Below are positions 9,159 to 19,638 of a stretch of DNA of 54,705 nucleotides, piece by piece. The DNA comes from a virus. Its lineage: Duplodnaviria > Caudoviricetes. Every line of letters starts with the position of its first letter. The stretch's first letter is position 1. The stretch lies in the IMG/VR virus record IMGVR_UViG_3300045539_000150, positions 1 to 54,705 of that record; one strand, given 5' to 3'. The notes under the pieces are model-generated. The model searched no databases, was not told the DNA's origin, and saw nothing but the letters and a program-made list of their open reading frames with translations. The translations under genes and the position numbers were made by a program.

Positions 9159-11348
9159 TTATGGACAGTTGGATATACCTGTTATAACTCCTGTAGTTTG
9201 GTTAATAGTCCCAGTGTTTCTAATATTATACACATTACCATTAATGGTATAACTATTTTTAAATGCTGATTTATATTTAACGCTGCTTGATGGTGCATTC
9301 ATAGATACTGCTGTCATAAGCGGACCTATTCCTGCAGTTCCACCCGCCCATGCAAGGTTTACATACAATACAAACCCCTCATAATCTGAAAGATTACTAG
9401 AATAAACAAGCATAGAATGTTCTATATATGTAGAACGCATGGATCCAACAGCTACACAGGCAAGTTGCGCCGTCGTCGTTGAAAATAATATATTATTTAA
9501 TGACATAACGTAATTCGCGGTTAAGTTTACTCCTAGAAAACCATCATTCACGCCATTCCAATATCTTCTAATTCCGGTGGTGGTTTCACGGTACCATCCC
9601 TCGGGTGCAATGGCTCCATTAAATTCAAGCGAGGTTGCGTCAAACCAATCAAATCCATCTATCACATAACTCTGACCATCACCTGGTAATATTTCACCAT
9701 TTACACTTGAAACAGTTATGCCATATATGAGATCTACTGATGTAGCAATACTAAGTGGACATGCAAATATGCTTGTAAATTGAGTACCATTCCAATATCT
9801 AACGATTCCTCCTGTAATAGTTCCAGTATTACCATACCATCCGGCTGGGGCAAATGTGGTTGTTCCATGATTATATAAATATCTTGTTGTTGTTAAATAG
9901 TTAAATGTACTCCACTCTGCAGTACTAGTCCCTGTCCATGAATACCATGTATCTGGTACATCTAAGCATGCTGGTTTTGGGAAACTTGCCATCTTTAAGA
10001 AAATATCCTGAGTTGTTGGAGGTGGCGGCGGTGTTGAAGTATTTGACCAATGTAAATCCGTTAAATCCAAAAACACAATATGAATCATTCTACTAGCAGA
10101 TGTAGTATTTGTTACTTGAGGTACTACCTCCAATACTTCATCGGAATTATCAAGTGTCATATTTATTTGATAATTACCTAAATTATTAGTAGTTGATACC
10201 ATATTGATATTACCGCCTCCTATTATTATAGGTGAATCGTCGCCACTTGTAAGCGCATTTTGACCACCAGTATTACCTTGTATCATATAATTAAAAGAAG
10301 ATAAATTTGGAGTTGGAAATTCATTTACTCCATTTGCAACTTTCCATGTTTCACCATTACATAAATACCATCCCTCGTATTCTCCTCCTATTTTTCCTTT
10401 TCCATGTATTATTTGTAATTCAGCAAATGATGGACCTCCTGGCTGTACTATAGTCTCTGCTAAATGGAAGTTAGTAGAATTAAAATCCTCAGGTCTTATT
10501 GATATAATAGAACCTATTGGAAAACTTCCAAATACTGTTTTTTTCTCTACCCATTTCGCCTTTCCATTAGTTCCTTCTGAAATTAATACATTTCCTGCAA
10601 TTGCAGATTGGTTAAACATAAAGGCATTATGTGAATACGCTTTATTTACATTTATATTAGTAAGATTGTTTCCTCCTAATGTAACTAAAGAATCTGTTAT
10701 TTTTAAATAACTTGTGCCAGATATTTCATAAATAATCTCATCAGACATATTTAGTAAATCAAACCCTGGATCTCCAGACACTATTCTACCAATTTCCATA
10801 TCTAAGAAATTAGGTGGATTTAATATACCCGATGCAGTTAATTTTAATCTAAAATCTGCTGCCTTTGATTCATGTTGCAATCTTAATCCTATCATTTGCT
10901 GGGATGGAACTGTTGCTCCAGTAACTGGACTTGAAAATACAGTTTTTACAGCACCTAAATAATCTTCAGGTAATTCCAATAAAGGATTCAAATATCCGGT
11001 TTTTAAAACGACTGGTAATTGTTCAACAAAGCCAATAGCCTGTCTTACCTTTGGAAATAAATATTTTGGAATATTTGCATCAACAGGAGTCCATTGAATC
11101 CATTCAGATGGCGAAGCGGGTCCTGTCTCTCCGATATATCCTTGAGACCCTAAAAATCCTTGATGTCCTTTAGGTCCCATATATCCATAATCTCCATCAG
11201 GTCCAATTGTTCCTTGAGGTCCTGGCATTCCTCCATTTATAAATTGATAAAAATTAAAATTTAATTTATCAAGTTTATCTTTAGACCACCATATTGAACT
11301 GTTAGGATCTAGGTCAGTTTTAAATATCTCTTTTATATTTACATTCAT
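9159..11348 (-). CDS. Tail fibre protein, paralog of the adjacent fibre (collagen + tail collar)
   Basis: KLNFNFYQF; GMPGPQGTIGPDGDYG...; FPIGSIISI, GWYLCNG, TPNL; two C-terminal APxGWY...RYWNG repeats. Confidence 0.8.
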   Translation of the reverse strand: MNVNIKEIFKTDLDPNSSIWWSKDKLDKLNFNFYQFINGGMPGPQGTIGPDGDYGYMGPKGHQGFLGSQGYIGETGPASPSEWIQWTPVDANIPKYLFPKVRQAIGFVEQLPVVLKTGYLNPLLELPEDYLGAVKTVFSSPVTGATVPSQQMIGLRLQHESKAADFRLKLTASGILNPPNFLDMEIGRIVSGDPGFDLLNMSDEIIYEISGTSYLKITDSLVTLGGNNLTNINVNKAYSHNAFMFNQSAIAGNVLISEGTNGKAKWVEKKTVFGSFPIGSIISIRPEDFNSTNFHLAETIVQPGGPSFAELQIIHGKGKIGGEYEGWYLCNGETWKVANGVNEFPTPNLSSFNYMIQGNTGGQNALTSGDDSPIIIGGGNINMVSTTNNLGNYQINMTLDNSDEVLEVVPQVTNTTSASRMIHIVFLDLTDLHWSNTSTPPPPPTTQDIFLKMASFPKPACLDVPDTWYSWTGTSTAEWSTFNYLTTTRYLYNHGTTTFAPAGWYGNTGTITGGIVRYWNGTQFTSIFACPLSIATSVDLIYGITVSSVNGEILPGDGQSYVIDGFDWFDATSLEFNGAIAPEGWYRETTTGIRRYWNGVNDGFLGVNLTANYVMSLNNILFSTTTAQLACVAVGSMRSTYIEHSMLVYSSNLSDYEGFVLYVNLAWAGGTAGIGPLMTAVSMNAPSSSVKYKSAFKNSYTINGNVYNIRNTGTINQTTGVITGISNCP

Positions 11349-11351
11349 CGA

Positions 11352-14300
11352 TTAAGCTTGTATTTTAACATGTATTTTAAAGTTGTAAGAATATCCAAGC
11401 ATTTTATTATATATTAATCTAAAACTTAAACCATCATTTTGGTAACTTAGTATATTGTAATTGCTTAATTTAACGAAACTATCATTTGTCAATTCAGAAA
11501 CATTAGTAACTGAAACAAAATCCGTTACTAAATCTTTACCTTGAATTCCATAAATATCTATAGTATCTAATATAAATCGTGGAGATATATTAGAATTTGA
11601 ATATATTTGCAAATCATCAGCAAGTGATTCTTTGTTCCCATATGAAAATGATTTACTAACATATTTTCTAAATTTATCGTTAGCATCTATTCCATCCTCT
11701 ATTAATTCATCAAGTATTGCACTTGGTAAATAAAAGTCAGCTATTAACTGAGAATCATTTTCATACCAATGTATTGATGTTTTATTTGATTGATTAAATC
11801 TAATTCTATCTAATTCATCTAATGATTTTTCACTAGAATTAGTAAATCGCGTAATATCGTATGAATCTTTAACTTTCATTATTGTTGAAACCATAAAATT
11901 CTTCTTTTCAACTGGACTTAAAGTTCCATGAACTTCTTTAGCAGTTCCTCCAGGTAATGCTTTGGAAAAATATTTAGGTGAATATTTAGATCTAAATAAA
12001 TTTAAATCCTTTTTATCTATTGCTATCTCTCCGATGGCAGGGTACAATGGTAATTTGTCAGAGGTCTGAGAAAGTTTAAGAATATTTTTAGAATCCTCAT
12101 CATTTACTTTATGATAAAAATAGTTTTTTATAATTCCATATCCTTCATCATTATTTTTAAATGATTCAAATGCAATTCCAAGTCCATTGAATTTATTATA
12201 TACTAACCTTTCATATTCAGTATAATTAGAAAGCAACACTTTATTAGAAGTATACAAATCTGTGAATGTTATTATATTATTGAAAGATGGATTATAATCC
12301 CCATTCATTCTACGCAATAGGGTAATGTATCCTTCATCAGATCTATCTGTAATTATTTTTCCAATTTCTCCAGAAACCAATTGATATGCCTTTGGTCTAT
12401 CAGGATCTGCTTTAGAAATTACCATTGATGGTTTAATAACATCAGTACCTGATTCTATATTTAGAACATATTCATTATTTGTAATAGTTCCATCTATCCC
12501 AACTGTTATATAGTTAATTTCACCATATTTATTAAATGAATTTACAAAATTATATGCGTTAATTTGATTTAAAATAGAATCAAACTGATTAGCACCCCCA
12601 TCATAATATTTAAATACAGAGTTTAGCGCTATTAATCCAAATTGTGAAGGATCTAATCTTCCTAAGGATTCAATAATTTCGCCAGTCGCACTATTAAACG
12701 CGTATGGCCAACCACTTACAAATACACTTTCATCATTAATTACATTAATAACCTTTACGGCCCATGTATCTGTCCCTGACATGAAGTAAATCCATCCATA
12801 ATTTCCAATTGCATCAGGGGTAACATATGTTCTAAATTTAGCACTTCCATCATTTATTGAAAACTGAGAAGCATTTAAAACTGCAGAATCATCTTGTCCT
12901 GTAAATAAACTATCACCAAAATTTATTTGAAAATCAATAGTAGTATCTATAATATCTCCATTTACTGTAATATCTTCAAGTGTGTACATTAAATATCTTG
13001 TAAGATATTGAATATCATTGGACACAACTTCAAGTTCAATTAAAATACATATAAATTTAAACGCATCGTTTTTAATTGCATTTATAGTAACTGCTTCTTT
13101 TGCAGAACCCTGTTTATATTTTAAAATTACACCAAATTTGTAATCATTTATTTCATTTGTAGGAATAAATTCAGTAGGGTTTAATGATGTAGTTTCTTTT
13201 CTTTTTTGATAAATATATCTTAATCCTCTAAATACAGTTGACGCATTCTTTTCATTATTTCCAGAATCAAATTTAGTCCAAAGTTTTTTAAATGTATTAT
13301 CGTACCATATTGGGTTTAATGGATCGCTTTCATCTAGGTAACCATTCCAATTCAAATATTCTCCAAAATAATCAAATGAAGTATCTTGTAATTTAGATAT
13401 TGTTAACTCATCGTCTGCAAAATTTATATAATTATTTAAATCCTTTCTTGCTCCTAACATATCGGCAGGAATATTGTGAATATGGAAGTGTTCCATATTC
13501 ATTAAATCTACATTTCTCTTTGAATCTATTTCTATATTAGGCGAAAGGTTATCCTCTCCAAATGCTTCATTAACATTTAGAACATATGGTAAATTTCTAG
13601 CGTTTGTCGCATCCTTTAATTCAAACTTACATATAGATGGAGAAATTCTACTCTTTATTGCAGTTTCTTTTAGTTTATTTTCACCTAATCTATCATACTC
13701 AGATTTTAAGTTTGTAAGTGCTTGTCCTTCTTCTACCTTTTCATTTTCTAAAACCGGATTTAATCCATCATAAAATACAGAAGTATCTATTAGTATTGGA
13801 TCTAATTGACTATCCAAGAGTACCTGATTAATTGGTGGCATTAGTTTATCATAATTATATGTATAATCATATGAAAGATCTCCCATCTTTGAGTTTTTAG
13901 TAGAATAAAAATCGAAATCGAAATCTTTAAAATCATATGTTGCAAATCTTCCATGTGATATTTTAAAAATACCATAGGTTTCGAATACCATATCGTTTGA
14001 CATTCTAATAGGCGACTCTAATATTAATCTGTACATTGTAGAATCAAATGGATCTTTATTAAACTCCACTATTTTTGAATAAATTTCGGAATCCTTTTGT
14101 TTAACCCATTCTGCTCCTGCATTTATTCCATTAATTTCAGAACTTTTAACTAAAACACCCTGTCCTTTATTGGATCCTCCTATCATAGTACATATTGTCC
14201 AATCTGAAAACACAGTATTTGTTGAAATTGGAACGACCGAATCTATTAAACCAATATCATTAAATTCTGCATCTAATACGTTTATGAAAATTGAAAAATT

Positions 14301-15827
14301 TAAATTATAAATTCCAAAGGCATTCATATGTCTTTTATTTCCATCTAAATAATCTTCAACAATAACTACATTATCTTTTACATATGTTTTATATGCAATA
14401 ATTTCTCCGGTTTTAATAGCACTTGAAATTGCTATCGCTATTTGTTGAAGAGTTCCTTGATTTGAGAATTTATTTCCATTTGCTCTACCTGGCAAAAGAG
14501 TATTATCAGCCACAAATGTAAAATCTCCAAGATTATATCCTGAAATTTGTATTTCTACCTTATCACCAATAAAGAATTTATCATTATGGCTAGGTACTCC
14601 AACCACTTCAAATTTTATAAAACCTCTAGGATTAGGAGTATTTTTCTCCGCATTAATTGTTCTACCCGTTTTTGAGAATCCTTCAAAAAGATCCACAGAT
14701 GCAGAATTTAATCCTATTGGCAATTTACCAAATTGGTAATCAACACCGTTTTTTATATTATGGAAATTTCCATCTTTATCTTTTACATAATGTAGTGATG
14801 GAATATTAAAAAGTTCAGATTTATTAGGTATCATATCCGTTTGTGATAGGGACGTCCCTGTTAAATCGTAAACACTCTTATATGAATCCATATTAATAAT
14901 TACAATTCCATCTTTATTAACGCTATCAACCTTGAAGTACCCCTCATCAATATCATCGGCATACAATCCAAAGTATCTATATATTTTGTAGTTTTCGGCT
15001 GTTGTATCGTCAAACAAAAATTCTAAGTTTATGGCGTTAGCTGATATAACACCATTTCTTTCGAATCCTTGTGTTATAATTTCATTACTAAATATTTCTG
15101 GGTAATCTACCTGTGCGTAGTATTTATCAAATTGTTCAGCCTTGCTTACAAATCCACCATTAATTGTATCAATACCATTATAAAATGAAGAAGAACCTTC
15201 CTTAAAATTAATACTAATCGCAGCTTTAGGAAATAATTTATCATTAACATGAGTTGATAGGTACTTTCCAAGAGGTGCATTAATATTAAGGTCAAACGAT
15301 TTAATTATAGTTGCTTTATTTAAAAGTTCTATAATTCTTTGGTTTTGACCAACTGTAGTTTCGTCGTATGAATATTTATAATCAACTTCTTCAACTCTAT
15401 AAATTATAAATTTAGAAGGTAATTTCTTTTCAACCCATATCGGGGCGAATATCTTATATTGCTCATCATATAATTTTGTAATATTATGTGAAGCACCATA
15501 TTGATATTGGTCTTCATATTGAATTGAATAATCTGAGTAAAGTACAACGTCAGTATTAGTTCTAAGAACCTGATATTTTTCAGCATTAGGTAATTTTCTA
15601 AAAAATGCAGAAACATCTTTAGAGTATACCCCATCTGGTTTAATATCAAACTTTTGATATTCTACCTTTGCAAGTTCTTTGTTTGCTTTAAAGGTGCTTA
15701 AAAATAAATTGGAATTTGAATCAACAACTAATTTAATATTACTTGTTAATTTTGGATTCGTTCTTAATAGTGCAAAGGATTTATTATCATTTACATTATT
15801 TTCAACACCTGTATTAATTGTAGCCAT
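11352..15827 (-). CDS. Large putative virion/baseplate protein (1491 aa)
   Basis: Long ORF in the structural module with a class B motif upstream; family not recognised. Confidence 0.55.
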   Translation of the reverse strand: MATINTGVENNVNDNKSFALLRTNPKLTSNIKLVVDSNSNLFLSTFKANKELAKVEYQKFDIKPDGVYSKDVSAFFRKLPNAEKYQVLRTNTDVVLYSDYSIQYEDQYQYGASHNITKLYDEQYKIFAPIWVEKKLPSKFIIYRVEEVDYKYSYDETTVGQNQRIIELLNKATIIKSFDLNINAPLGKYLSTHVNDKLFPKAAISINFKEGSSSFYNGIDTINGGFVSKAEQFDKYYAQVDYPEIFSNEIITQGFERNGVISANAINLEFLFDDTTAENYKIYRYFGLYADDIDEGYFKVDSVNKDGIVIINMDSYKSVYDLTGTSLSQTDMIPNKSELFNIPSLHYVKDKDGNFHNIKNGVDYQFGKLPIGLNSASVDLFEGFSKTGRTINAEKNTPNPRGFIKFEVVGVPSHNDKFFIGDKVEIQISGYNLGDFTFVADNTLLPGRANGNKFSNQGTLQQIAIAISSAIKTGEIIAYKTYVKDNVVIVEDYLDGNKRHMNAFGIYNLNFSIFINVLDAEFNDIGLIDSVVPISTNTVFSDWTICTMIGGSNKGQGVLVKSSEINGINAGAEWVKQKDSEIYSKIVEFNKDPFDSTMYRLILESPIRMSNDMVFETYGIFKISHGRFATYDFKDFDFDFYSTKNSKMGDLSYDYTYNYDKLMPPINQVLLDSQLDPILIDTSVFYDGLNPVLENEKVEEGQALTNLKSEYDRLGENKLKETAIKSRISPSICKFELKDATNARNLPYVLNVNEAFGEDNLSPNIEIDSKRNVDLMNMEHFHIHNIPADMLGARKDLNNYINFADDELTISKLQDTSFDYFGEYLNWNGYLDESDPLNPIWYDNTFKKLWTKFDSGNNEKNASTVFRGLRYIYQKRKETTSLNPTEFIPTNEINDYKFGVILKYKQGSAKEAVTINAIKNDAFKFICILIELEVVSNDIQYLTRYLMYTLEDITVNGDIIDTTIDFQINFGDSLFTGQDDSAVLNASQFSINDGSAKFRTYVTPDAIGNYGWIYFMSGTDTWAVKVINVINDESVFVSGWPYAFNSATGEIIESLGRLDPSQFGLIALNSVFKYYDGGANQFDSILNQINAYNFVNSFNKYGEINYITVGIDGTITNNEYVLNIESGTDVIKPSMVISKADPDRPKAYQLVSGEIGKIITDRSDEGYITLLRRMNGDYNPSFNNIITFTDLYTSNKVLLSNYTEYERLVYNKFNGLGIAFESFKNNDEGYGIIKNYFYHKVNDEDSKNILKLSQTSDKLPLYPAIGEIAIDKKDLNLFRSKYSPKYFSKALPGGTAKEVHGTLSPVEKKNFMVSTIMKVKDSYDITRFTNSSEKSLDELDRIRFNQSNKTSIHWYENDSQLIADFYLPSAILDELIEDGIDANDKFRKYVSKSFSYGNKESLADDLQIYSNSNISPRFILDTIDIYGIQGKDLVTDFVSVTNVSELTNDSFVKLSNYNILSYQNDGLSFRLIYNKMLGYSYNFKIHVKIQA

Positions 15828-15833
15828 GAAAAT

Positions 15834-15892
15834 CGCCTCTTTTTATTTATTATTATATATATCCTTGGAAATGGATTCAATAAAAAGAGGCG
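15834..15892 (-). promoter_or_regulatory. 14-bp inverted repeat enclosing class B motif (15856-15863); 3' arm covers the translation initiation region
   Basis: CGCCTCTTTTTATT / AATAAAAAGAGGCG; ATG 6 nt after the arm. Confidence 0.65.
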
Positions 15893-15899
15893 GTTATAT

Positions 15900-18800
15900 T
15901 TAGTAATTTGTAATTTCAGGGTATGAATAGTCAACTCCTATATTACCAGATGAAAGATATCTTCGTCTTCCACCAAATGATTGATAATTTGTATTATAAT
16001 TAGATAACATCGAACTTGTAATATTATTAATGTTCTTACCTTGCGCAGAATATTTTGAATAAACTTCGATATCAAATTGAAATTCTTTTTTAGCAAAATC
16101 TATTATATCTAATCCTATTTTTTTAGAATATGTCAAGTTACTTAATGTGTTGTCAATAATACCGCCAACTCTACCAGTTCCAGCAGATCCAACACCATAA
16201 TAATCAGTCATTCTATATTGAAATACAAGATCGATTGTAATAGCGTTAGTACTTCCACCTGGTATAACCTTTTTCCCATTTTTATTTGGGGAATCAACTA
16301 CTAACGAATCAACCGTTAATGGAGAAAGATATAAGAAAGAACCACATGAACGTCCACCTAATAGATATTGATCCTCAGGAGCAAATCCATTTTTAATTGT
16401 AGCTCTTAATCCTTGAATTCCTCCCTTATTAATTGAGTTAATAATTCTAAGAGGTGTTTGTTTTTTACCATGTAAATCATTTGCTCTTCGTGTTGCAGTT
16501 TTAGGCATGCCAACTAATCCATTTCCTGCAATTTCTAATATTGCAGTAGATCCAGAAGGTATCGGTGCACTAGGACCATATCCTTCAAGAAGCGGGTGGT
16601 CTTGGTGTATATATAATCCATTCGAATAAGCAGCGTATGTTAAAGCACCTACACCTAAGGTTGCAACGTTTGGTTTAGATACTAGTGGATTTGAACTTGC
16701 AGGATTATACCCTACAGGATATGAACCTGCCCATATAAAATCAGTAGGAGATGTACTCGTATTAAAATTAGAAGACGATGCAGCCACAAAGTTTTTAGAA
16801 CCATCCAATGGATTTGATTGTACTCCGCCTATAGTATAACTTATTCCATATTCGTATTTATCGTATCCATTACTTGCATTAACATCAATATCTCCATCAG
16901 GAACTCCATTAGTGTTTGATTCGTCTATTATATAAAGATTATCATCATTTGCAATATTTCTAAATCTTGAATATATGAATTGTCCTCTTAATTGTGTTGA
17001 TTGCTCAGGTCCACTATTAAAATAATCTGCCCCACCTGCGATAATGTTTGCAACATTCTCTATATTTTGATAAACAACTGGAACTAAATCGTAGCGTGCT
17101 TCTTTTGTATAAAATGCGTCATTAACATATTCATTATCTATAACTCCTGTCCCTAATCCAAATTTAGTATTTACCGTCGAAATATATGATGGAGTTTTTG
17201 TATCTCCTAAAATTCTAGCAATTAATTCAAGATCAGTTGCTTTTGTATTTGATATTTCAACTTTAAAGTTCTTAGTAACAATATATCCTTTACCGCCTGT
17301 ACTTGGAATTTGATTTACATAATATCCAGCAAATAATTGAACTGTTGTATTATTTGTAACTGGTGTTACATTACCGTCTTCATCAATAATTCTAACCATT
17401 AATTCTCCAGTAGCACCTTCAATCACCGCTCTAAGTCTTAAAACTTCATTTTGTAAACTTAATAGTTTTTCATAAACTGAAATTGGAGCACTTTGATCTG
17501 TTAAAAATCCAGAAGAAATTGAGCTAGCAGGATGCGCGAATGTAGTATCTCCCGCGACAAATGTGTCAGCAACGTGTGAAAGTACACCTGCAGTTTCAAG
17601 GTCTTGTTGAATTTGAACGCGTAACGCATCTAATTCATTTGCCTTAACTACATTTCCCAATGCATCTGTATTTAATTCTCCTTGTGGAAATTCTATTTTA
17701 GATATTTCAGACCATTCAGATTCTACTGGATTTGCTGGAAATCCAGCTTCAGAAATAGACTTAACCATTATCTCGACTATTTCACCTGGGTTAATAGAGA
17801 TATCTAATGAGTTAAAGTTAATTGCGTTAGCATCTTCCTCGCTCTCTAATACCCATGCGTATTTTCCATCAGTTCCTAGTTGTCTTTTTCTAATAGGACC
17901 CATAACCTCTGTCCAATTTGAAAAGGCAGCAGTTTTTTCCGTTTGATTAACACTATCTGTAAATTTGATTTGGTCAACCTCTGATGTTTTACCAGATGTT
18001 GAAACATATCTATATCGTATTTTAAATTGTACAACCTCTTGCGAAACTTGATTTCCAATTTTCTTAGGTTCAGGTACAGACCAAAATCCTCTTACTCTAA
18101 ATTTAGGAGTAACTGATTGTAGATCCGCGCTTTCTGCTGAAGATTTAATATCGGTAATAATAGAAGAAAACAGTTTTGAATTGGATTCTCTTTGATTAAC
18201 TAATGAACTTAATTCACTTGCCTGTGTATCTTTTTCAGCAGACGATTTAAACTTCTTAGTATTAATTAATGATTTTTTCTGTTTAATAGATTCGTCTAAT
18301 TTCTTTAACTCTTGTTCGGCTGAAGTTTTATCAGATTTTAATTGCTTAATCTTATCAGTATTTGTATTGTCTGTTAAGTGTTTATTAATTTGAACAACCT
18401 TAAAATTAGTTACATCAATTGCAGGAGAATCTGGTTTAACACCAACTGATGCTGGTGGAATATAATCTACCTTTAATGATTTAATAAATTGACCAAAATC
18501 GGAAACCTCATTTTTATAATATTCTGCCAATGTCATTTTATTTCCTACAGTAGTTACAATTTCTAATTCGTTAGAATAAAATGCAACTCCTGGCGAATAG
18601 TTTTCAGCAGGTATTTTTGAATTTGGATCTATTGGTTTAATAAATACAACTTGTCTTTCGTTAAAACCAATTTTAATTTCAACATCTAAATTAGTATCGA
18701 CATCTTTATAAATTCCAAGTTGATTAACTCCAATTTTAATTGATTCCGAACCTTCCATTAATAAAAGTTCAATTTGAGAAGTTGAATTATCTATAGAAAC

Positions 18801-19637
18801 AATTTGATATCTTGTTCTATAATTTCCAGAATTTACAATTAATGAATCACCAACTCTTAAAGTTTCTGTATCTTTTAAAGATTTTACAGAATCAGTGTAT
18901 GATAGTTTATTAACTGTATATAATTTTATGGTTTTAGTTTGAGAAGTACCATCAATAACTTGTGTTTTTTCAACATTATCTACTTTAATAATATCGAATG
19001 CTCCAGTGTATTGGATTAATCTCATTGGCATATCTAAAACTTCAGCATCAAGATAGTACTTGTAAGAACTATCAGTCAATTGAGTTTTAAACGTTGCATA
19101 ATCTATTTCACTTCCGCCTTTATAAATTTCATCAAATGCAGTAAGTGTTGCAACATCGTCTGAATCAAATACAAATCTTTCAACATAAACCTTTTCAGTT
19201 TCAACTGGAATTTGACCAGTGATATCAAGATTAATTGTTAATAATGGATTAAGGAAATCTTCAAAGAATTCATTTAATTTTGTACCAAACATTGTTGGTG
19301 ATGCAAGAGAAGTCACTGACTTAGAAGGTCCTTTTAATCTTGCAGTATGTATTGTTCTATATGAACCATCTTTTAATCTAACGTTGGCGTCAGACCCTTC
19401 AAGACCACTTATAGAATTAATGTTATTATTTAACCTTTCAATTTCTCTTTTCAAATATCCAAATGCTGGAATCTGAATAGTTTCCATTTTATTGGTACTA
19501 CTATTAAACAAGTCAATAACCACAGTTTCTTTGTTTGTGGTTATTGCTTCATTAATTCTATTGAATGTTTCTAATGCGTTAGTGTTTAACTCTAGAAACT
19601 GCTCAAGTAATTGTGATATTGAATTGCTAGCGCTCAT
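15900..19637 (-). CDS. Large putative virion protein with coiled-coil and FN3-like segments (1245 aa)
   Basis: Coiled coil KIKQLKSDKTSAEQELKKLDESIKQKK; FKIRYRY...EIMVKSISEAG...ESEWS resembles FN3; structural context. Confidence 0.55.
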   Translation of the reverse strand: MSASNSISQLLEQFLELNTNALETFNRINEAITTNKETVVIDLFNSSTNKMETIQIPAFGYLKREIERLNNNINSISGLEGSDANVRLKDGSYRTIHTARLKGPSKSVTSLASPTMFGTKLNEFFEDFLNPLLTINLDITGQIPVETEKVYVERFVFDSDDVATLTAFDEIYKGGSEIDYATFKTQLTDSSYKYYLDAEVLDMPMRLIQYTGAFDIIKVDNVEKTQVIDGTSQTKTIKLYTVNKLSYTDSVKSLKDTETLRVGDSLIVNSGNYRTRYQIVSIDNSTSQIELLLMEGSESIKIGVNQLGIYKDVDTNLDVEIKIGFNERQVVFIKPIDPNSKIPAENYSPGVAFYSNELEIVTTVGNKMTLAEYYKNEVSDFGQFIKSLKVDYIPPASVGVKPDSPAIDVTNFKVVQINKHLTDNTNTDKIKQLKSDKTSAEQELKKLDESIKQKKSLINTKKFKSSAEKDTQASELSSLVNQRESNSKLFSSIITDIKSSAESADLQSVTPKFRVRGFWSVPEPKKIGNQVSQEVVQFKIRYRYVSTSGKTSEVDQIKFTDSVNQTEKTAAFSNWTEVMGPIRKRQLGTDGKYAWVLESEEDANAINFNSLDISINPGEIVEIMVKSISEAGFPANPVESEWSEISKIEFPQGELNTDALGNVVKANELDALRVQIQQDLETAGVLSHVADTFVAGDTTFAHPASSISSGFLTDQSAPISVYEKLLSLQNEVLRLRAVIEGATGELMVRIIDEDGNVTPVTNNTTVQLFAGYYVNQIPSTGGKGYIVTKNFKVEISNTKATDLELIARILGDTKTPSYISTVNTKFGLGTGVIDNEYVNDAFYTKEARYDLVPVVYQNIENVANIIAGGADYFNSGPEQSTQLRGQFIYSRFRNIANDDNLYIIDESNTNGVPDGDIDVNASNGYDKYEYGISYTIGGVQSNPLDGSKNFVAASSSNFNTSTSPTDFIWAGSYPVGYNPASSNPLVSKPNVATLGVGALTYAAYSNGLYIHQDHPLLEGYGPSAPIPSGSTAILEIAGNGLVGMPKTATRRANDLHGKKQTPLRIINSINKGGIQGLRATIKNGFAPEDQYLLGGRSCGSFLYLSPLTVDSLVVDSPNKNGKKVIPGGSTNAITIDLVFQYRMTDYYGVGSAGTGRVGGIIDNTLSNLTYSKKIGLDIIDFAKKEFQFDIEVYSKYSAQGKNINNITSSMLSNYNTNYQSFGGRRRYLSSGNIGVDYSYPEITNY

Positions 19638-19638
19638 A

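Noticed and set aside
6759-11348. Diversity-generating retroelement acting on the fibres
   Set aside because: No reverse transcriptase and no adenine-specific TR/VR pair seen in this window
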